DNA of 41,733 nucleotides, from NCBI GenBank assembly GCA_020852215.1, contig JADZBF010000332.1, forward strand, positions 1 through 41,733, read 5' to 3'. The position numbers and the translations under genes are program-made. The notes beneath the pieces are model-generated. The model worked only from the letters and a program-made list of their open reading frames with translations. It was not told the origin of the DNA and did no database searches. Position 1 is the first letter of the stretch; every line of letters starts with the position of its first letter. The stretch comes from Lysobacter sp. Lineage in GTDB: Bacteria; Pseudomonadota; Gammaproteobacteria; Xanthomonadales; Xanthomonadaceae. Shown piece after piece: positions 38,946 through 41,733 of this stretch.

Positions 38946-39371
38946 TCAGCGACAGGCGTTGAAATACACCGTCACTTCGTCCCGGCCCACATCGATGCCC
39001 AATTCTTCGACGATCAGCGCCAACAGATTGCTGAGCGAGATCGGCGCGGAACGTTCGATATCGCCGATGTCCACCAATGCCGTGGACTCGCCGACCTTCA
39101 GCGCGCCGGAGACGTAGCGCACATCGTTCAACGACCACAAAGCGTAATCGGTGAGCGGGGAGTCCGAGAAATACGTATTTTTCACCCGCTTATCCGCGGC
39201 GGCGACATCGCCGGCGCACAATTCCCTGTAGATATCTTCGGAAATGCCGTAGGGCAATTCTTGCCCCGAACTGACGAAGAATTTGAATGTCCAGCCTTCC
39301 GCGATCGGAAAGGTGCGGTCGTGGCTCGGCGGTTCGGCGTGGGCGGAAATCTGCAAGACGTAGCTCGCCAT
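38946..39371 (-). CDS. Small hypothetical protein, putative Stv-like (H...ACR) domain
   Basis: RBS aggag; ISAHA...TFPIAEGWTFKFFV..G..L...DYAL...ISLSNLL...VYFNACR. Confidence 0.7.
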   Translation of the reverse strand: MASYVLQISAHAEPPSHDRTFPIAEGWTFKFFVSSGQELPYGISEDIYRELCAGDVAAADKRVKNTYFSDSPLTDYALWSLNDVRYVSGALKVGESTALVDIGDIERSAPISLSNLLALIVEELGIDVGRDEVTVYFNACR

Positions 39372-39446
39372 ACGGTTCTCCTGTGTGGGCGGCGCGCGGA
39401 CTGTCCTTGCGCCTTTCGGAAAGAACGCATCGAGGGGAGGCCTGTG

Positions 39447-39491
39447 AGCATGGTTTCGAGCAGCATGGTTCCGAGCAGCATGGTTTCGAGC
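39447..39491 (+). repeat. 15-bp intergenic tandem repeat x3
   Basis: agcatggtttcgagc / agcatggttccgagc / agcatggtttcgagc. Confidence 0.9.
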
Positions 39492-39536
39492 GGCCAAGAG
39501 GCGATAAGCCCGTCGCCGCCCCGCCGACGAACGGCG

Positions 39537-39585
39537 TTGACAGCATTGATTACGCGTGTAATCTAATTTCAATTACAAACGTAAA
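39537..39585 (+). promoter_or_regulatory. Sigma70 promoter with two BlaI/MecI/CopY-type operators
   Basis: -35 TTGACA 39537-42; palindrome gattac-gcgt-gtaatc 39548-63 over the -10; second TTAC-N4-GTAA at 39573-84. Confidence 0.85.
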
Positions 39586-39599
39586 CGAGGCCCGCAGCC

Positions 39600-39983
39600 A
39601 TGGCGATTCCGATCAGCGAAGCCGAATCGATGGTGATGGACGTGCTGTGGCAGCGCAGCCCGCTCAGCGCCGAAGAGGTCGTCGCGGCCTTGGCGCCGCA
39701 TCAGGACTGGCAGGAAGCCACGATCAAGACGCTGCTCAATCGGCTGCTCAACAAAGGCGCGATCGAGGCGAGCAAGGACGGCCGGCGTTATCTGTATTCG
39801 CCGGTGCTGCGCCGCGAGGCCTGGGTGCTGGACGAAAGCGAAAGTCTGCTGTCGCGGCTGTTCGACGGCCGCGTGGCGCCCTTGGTCGCGCACTTCAGCC
39901 AGCATCGGAAATTGCGCGCGGACGACATCGCCGAACTGCGGCGTCTACTGGAGACCTTGAGCGATGAATCTCGCAGCGAATGA
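39600..39983 (+). CDS. BlaI/MecI/CopY family transcriptional repressor
   Basis: ISEAESMVMDVLW, WQEATIKTLLNRLLNKG, GRRYLYSP, LFDGRVAPLVAHF. Confidence 0.96.
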   Translation: MAIPISEAESMVMDVLWQRSPLSAEEVVAALAPHQDWQEATIKTLLNRLLNKGAIEASKDGRRYLYSPVLRREAWVLDESESLLSRLFDGRVAPLVAHFSQHRKLRADDIAELRRLLETLSDESRSE

Positions 39984-41733
39984 CGTGCTCGAAGTGCTCG
40001 GCGAGGCCGCGCTCGCGCTGACGTTCGCGATCGCGGTCGCCTGGGCGATTCGCCGGCCCTTGCGTCGCTACTGCGGCGCGGGCGTCGCCTACGCCGCGTG
40101 GGGTTTGCTGCCGGCGGCGTTGTTGGCCTTGGCGCTGCCGGCGCCGACGGTCGAGTACGTGCCGCCGCCGCTGGCGATGCCGCTCGACGCTCCGCTCGCG
40201 ACATCGGTCGCGCTGCCGGCGCCGGATCGCGCCGTGTGGTGGTTCGCGCTGTGGGCGCTGGGCGCGCTCGCGATGACGGCGTATCAATGGTGGCTGCAGC
40301 GGCGATTCGTCGCATCGCTCGGCGATTTGAACGGCGTGACGCCGGGCGTTTGGCGCGCGCAGGGCCGCAGCGGGTTGCCGGCGCTGATCGGTCTGCTGCG
40401 CCCGCGCATCGTGTTGCCGGCGGATTTCGAGACGCGTTACGGCGCCGAGGAGCGCGCATTGATGCTGGCGCACGAGCGCGCGCATCTGCGCCACGGCGAC
40501 CCCTGGGCGAATTTCGCCGCGATGGTTTTCCGCATCGTGTTCTGGTTCCACCCGCTGGTGCATCTGGCCGCATCGCGCTTTCGCGCCGATCAAGAACTCG
40601 CTTGCGATCAACGCGTGATCGCGAGCGCGCCGCATGCTCGCCGCGCATACGGCGAAGCCATGCTCAAAACCCTCGTGGCTGCGCAGCCGGTACCACTGGG
40701 CTGTCATTGGGGTCTCACCCATCCGTTGAAGGAGAGACTCATGCAACTGCATTCATCCCCGCCGCGCCGGTTCGCGCGCGCTGCGGGCGTCGCGATCGCC
40801 TGCCTCGCGATCGCCGGTACCGCGTTCGCGGTGTGGTCCGCGCAAACGCCGACGCGGGTGGCGCAAGCGTCCGCCTCCGCGGCCTCCGCGCCGCAGGCCG
40901 CTGCGCGCGCGCAGCCCATCGTCGGCGATTACGTCGCCGAGATTCGGACCCGCATCGACGACGGCGAAACCGAAGCCTTCGCGCTCGGCGCCGCGTACGG
41001 CGAACCCATCGCTTTTTCTCAGCAGACCGAAGACGGCAGACTCGATGTCGAAGCTCGAATCCGCGACGCGGGCCAAGCGCGTTACGACATCGTCGCGACG
41101 ATCGAACGCGATGGCCGCGTCGTCGCACGGCCGCATCTCATCGTCGAACGCGGCAAGGCAGCCGCGGTCCGCGTCGGCGACCAAACCGACGGCGGAACCT
41201 TCAAGGGCGTGGCATTGGAGATGACCGTGACGCCCGCGGTTGCGAAGGGCGTCGCGCAGGCTGTCGCACCGCTCCGAGCTCCCGCCGATCGAGAGCCGCT
41301 CGCCGCGCTCCGAGCGCCGCCTCCGCCGCCCGCGCCCGCCAATCTGCCTGCTCTGCCGGCACCGCCCGCCCCGCCCGCGCCTGTCTCGCCGATGCATGGG
41401 ATCGCGCCGCCCGCGCCGCCTGCGCCGCCGGCACCGCTGCCCCCCCCCGAAGCGCCAGAACCGCCCGCGCCACCCGCACAGGCGTCCGCGAATGCCGAGA
41501 CCGCTGCGGCGGCACGTCGACAGGCTCAAACGGCCAAGCAGCACGCCGAAGCGGCGCGTCAACAAGCCCTCGCGGCGAAACAGCAGGCCCAAGCGGGTCA
41601 ACAGGAAGCGCAGGCGGCGAAATCCCAAGCCGAAGCGGCGCGTCAACAAGCCGTCGCAGCGAAACAGCAGGCCCAAGCCGGCCAACAGGAAGGGCAAGCG
41701 GCGAAATCGCAAGCCGAAGCGGCGCGTCAACAA
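39964..41733 (+). CDS. BlaR1-like peptidase M56 family antirepressor, 3' truncated (absent from the ORF track because it runs off the window)
   Basis: Open frame from ATG 39964 (MNLAANDVLE...); PALIGLLRPRIVLP, LAHERAHLRHGD, WFHPLV, DQELACD, HPLKERL. Confidence 0.93.
   Translation, partial: MNLAANDVLEVLGEAALALTFAIAVAWAIRRPLRRYCGAGVAYAAWGLLPAALLALALPAPTVEYVPPPLAMPLDAPLATSVALPAPDRAVWWFALWALGALAMTAYQWWLQRRFVASLGDLNGVTPGVWRAQGRSGLPALIGLLRPRIVLPADFETRYGAEERALMLAHERAHLRHGDPWANFAAMVFRIVFWFHPLVHLAASRFRADQELACDQRVIASAPHARRAYGEAMLKTLVAAQPVPLGCHWGLTHPLKERLMQLHSSPPRRFARAAGVAIACLAIAGTAFAVWSAQTPTRVAQASASAASAPQAAARAQPIVGDYVAEIRTRIDDGETEAFALGAAYGEPIAFSQQTEDGRLDVEARIRDAGQARYDIVATIERDGRVVARPHLIVERGKAAAVRVGDQTDGGTFKGVALEMTVTPAVAKGVAQAVAPLRAPADREPLAALRAPPPPPAPANLPALPAPPAPPAPVSPMHGIAPPAPPAPPAPLPPPEAPEPPAPPAQASANAETAAAARRQAQTAKQHAEAARQQALAAKQQAQAGQQEAQAAKSQAEAARQQAVAAKQQAQAGQQEGQAAKSQAEAARQQ
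41545..41733 (+). repeat. In-frame 84-bp tandem repeat (28-aa Ala/Gln coiled-coil unit), more than 2 copies, truncated
   Basis: gccgaagcggcgcgtcaacaa recurs at 41545, 41629 and 41713. Confidence 0.92.

Overview
GC-rich window that looks like Xanthomonadales (Lysobacter-like; inferred from gene order, GTAG-type REPs and GATTCCC heptamers). The recognisable backbone is: pip (5' truncated), mrcA divergent from pilMNOPQ, a MoxR/DUF58/DUF4381/VWA/VWA-TPR/BatD operon, a dicarboxylate/amino acid symporter, transketolase, an acetyl-CoA hydrolase/transferase, and a BlaI plus peptidase-M56 pair running off the right end. Two accessory-looking regions interrupt it. Region 0.7-5.1 kb has an AT-richer orphan, a probable XVIPCD-bearing HExxH effector and an ATP-grasp gene. 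Region 26-36.9 kb holds the best candidate for an undescribed system: two paralogous modules, each pairing a signal peptide-TPR-TM-PAS protein that ends in a strongly conserved non-kinase C-terminal domain with a convergent small secreted Cys-rich 'CGIVD[DE]W' protein. The promoters of the two secreted genes keep the same motifs at identical distances from the start codon (-10-like box, CCCG-N7-CCCG repeat) plus an IHF-like site. This suggests a membrane-spanning one-component receptor/ligand circuit. The region also holds two MITE-like elements, a dense array of perfect hairpins, a 2OG-Fe(II) oxygenase and more secreted or membrane orphans. All family assignments are by eye from motifs; no searches were run.
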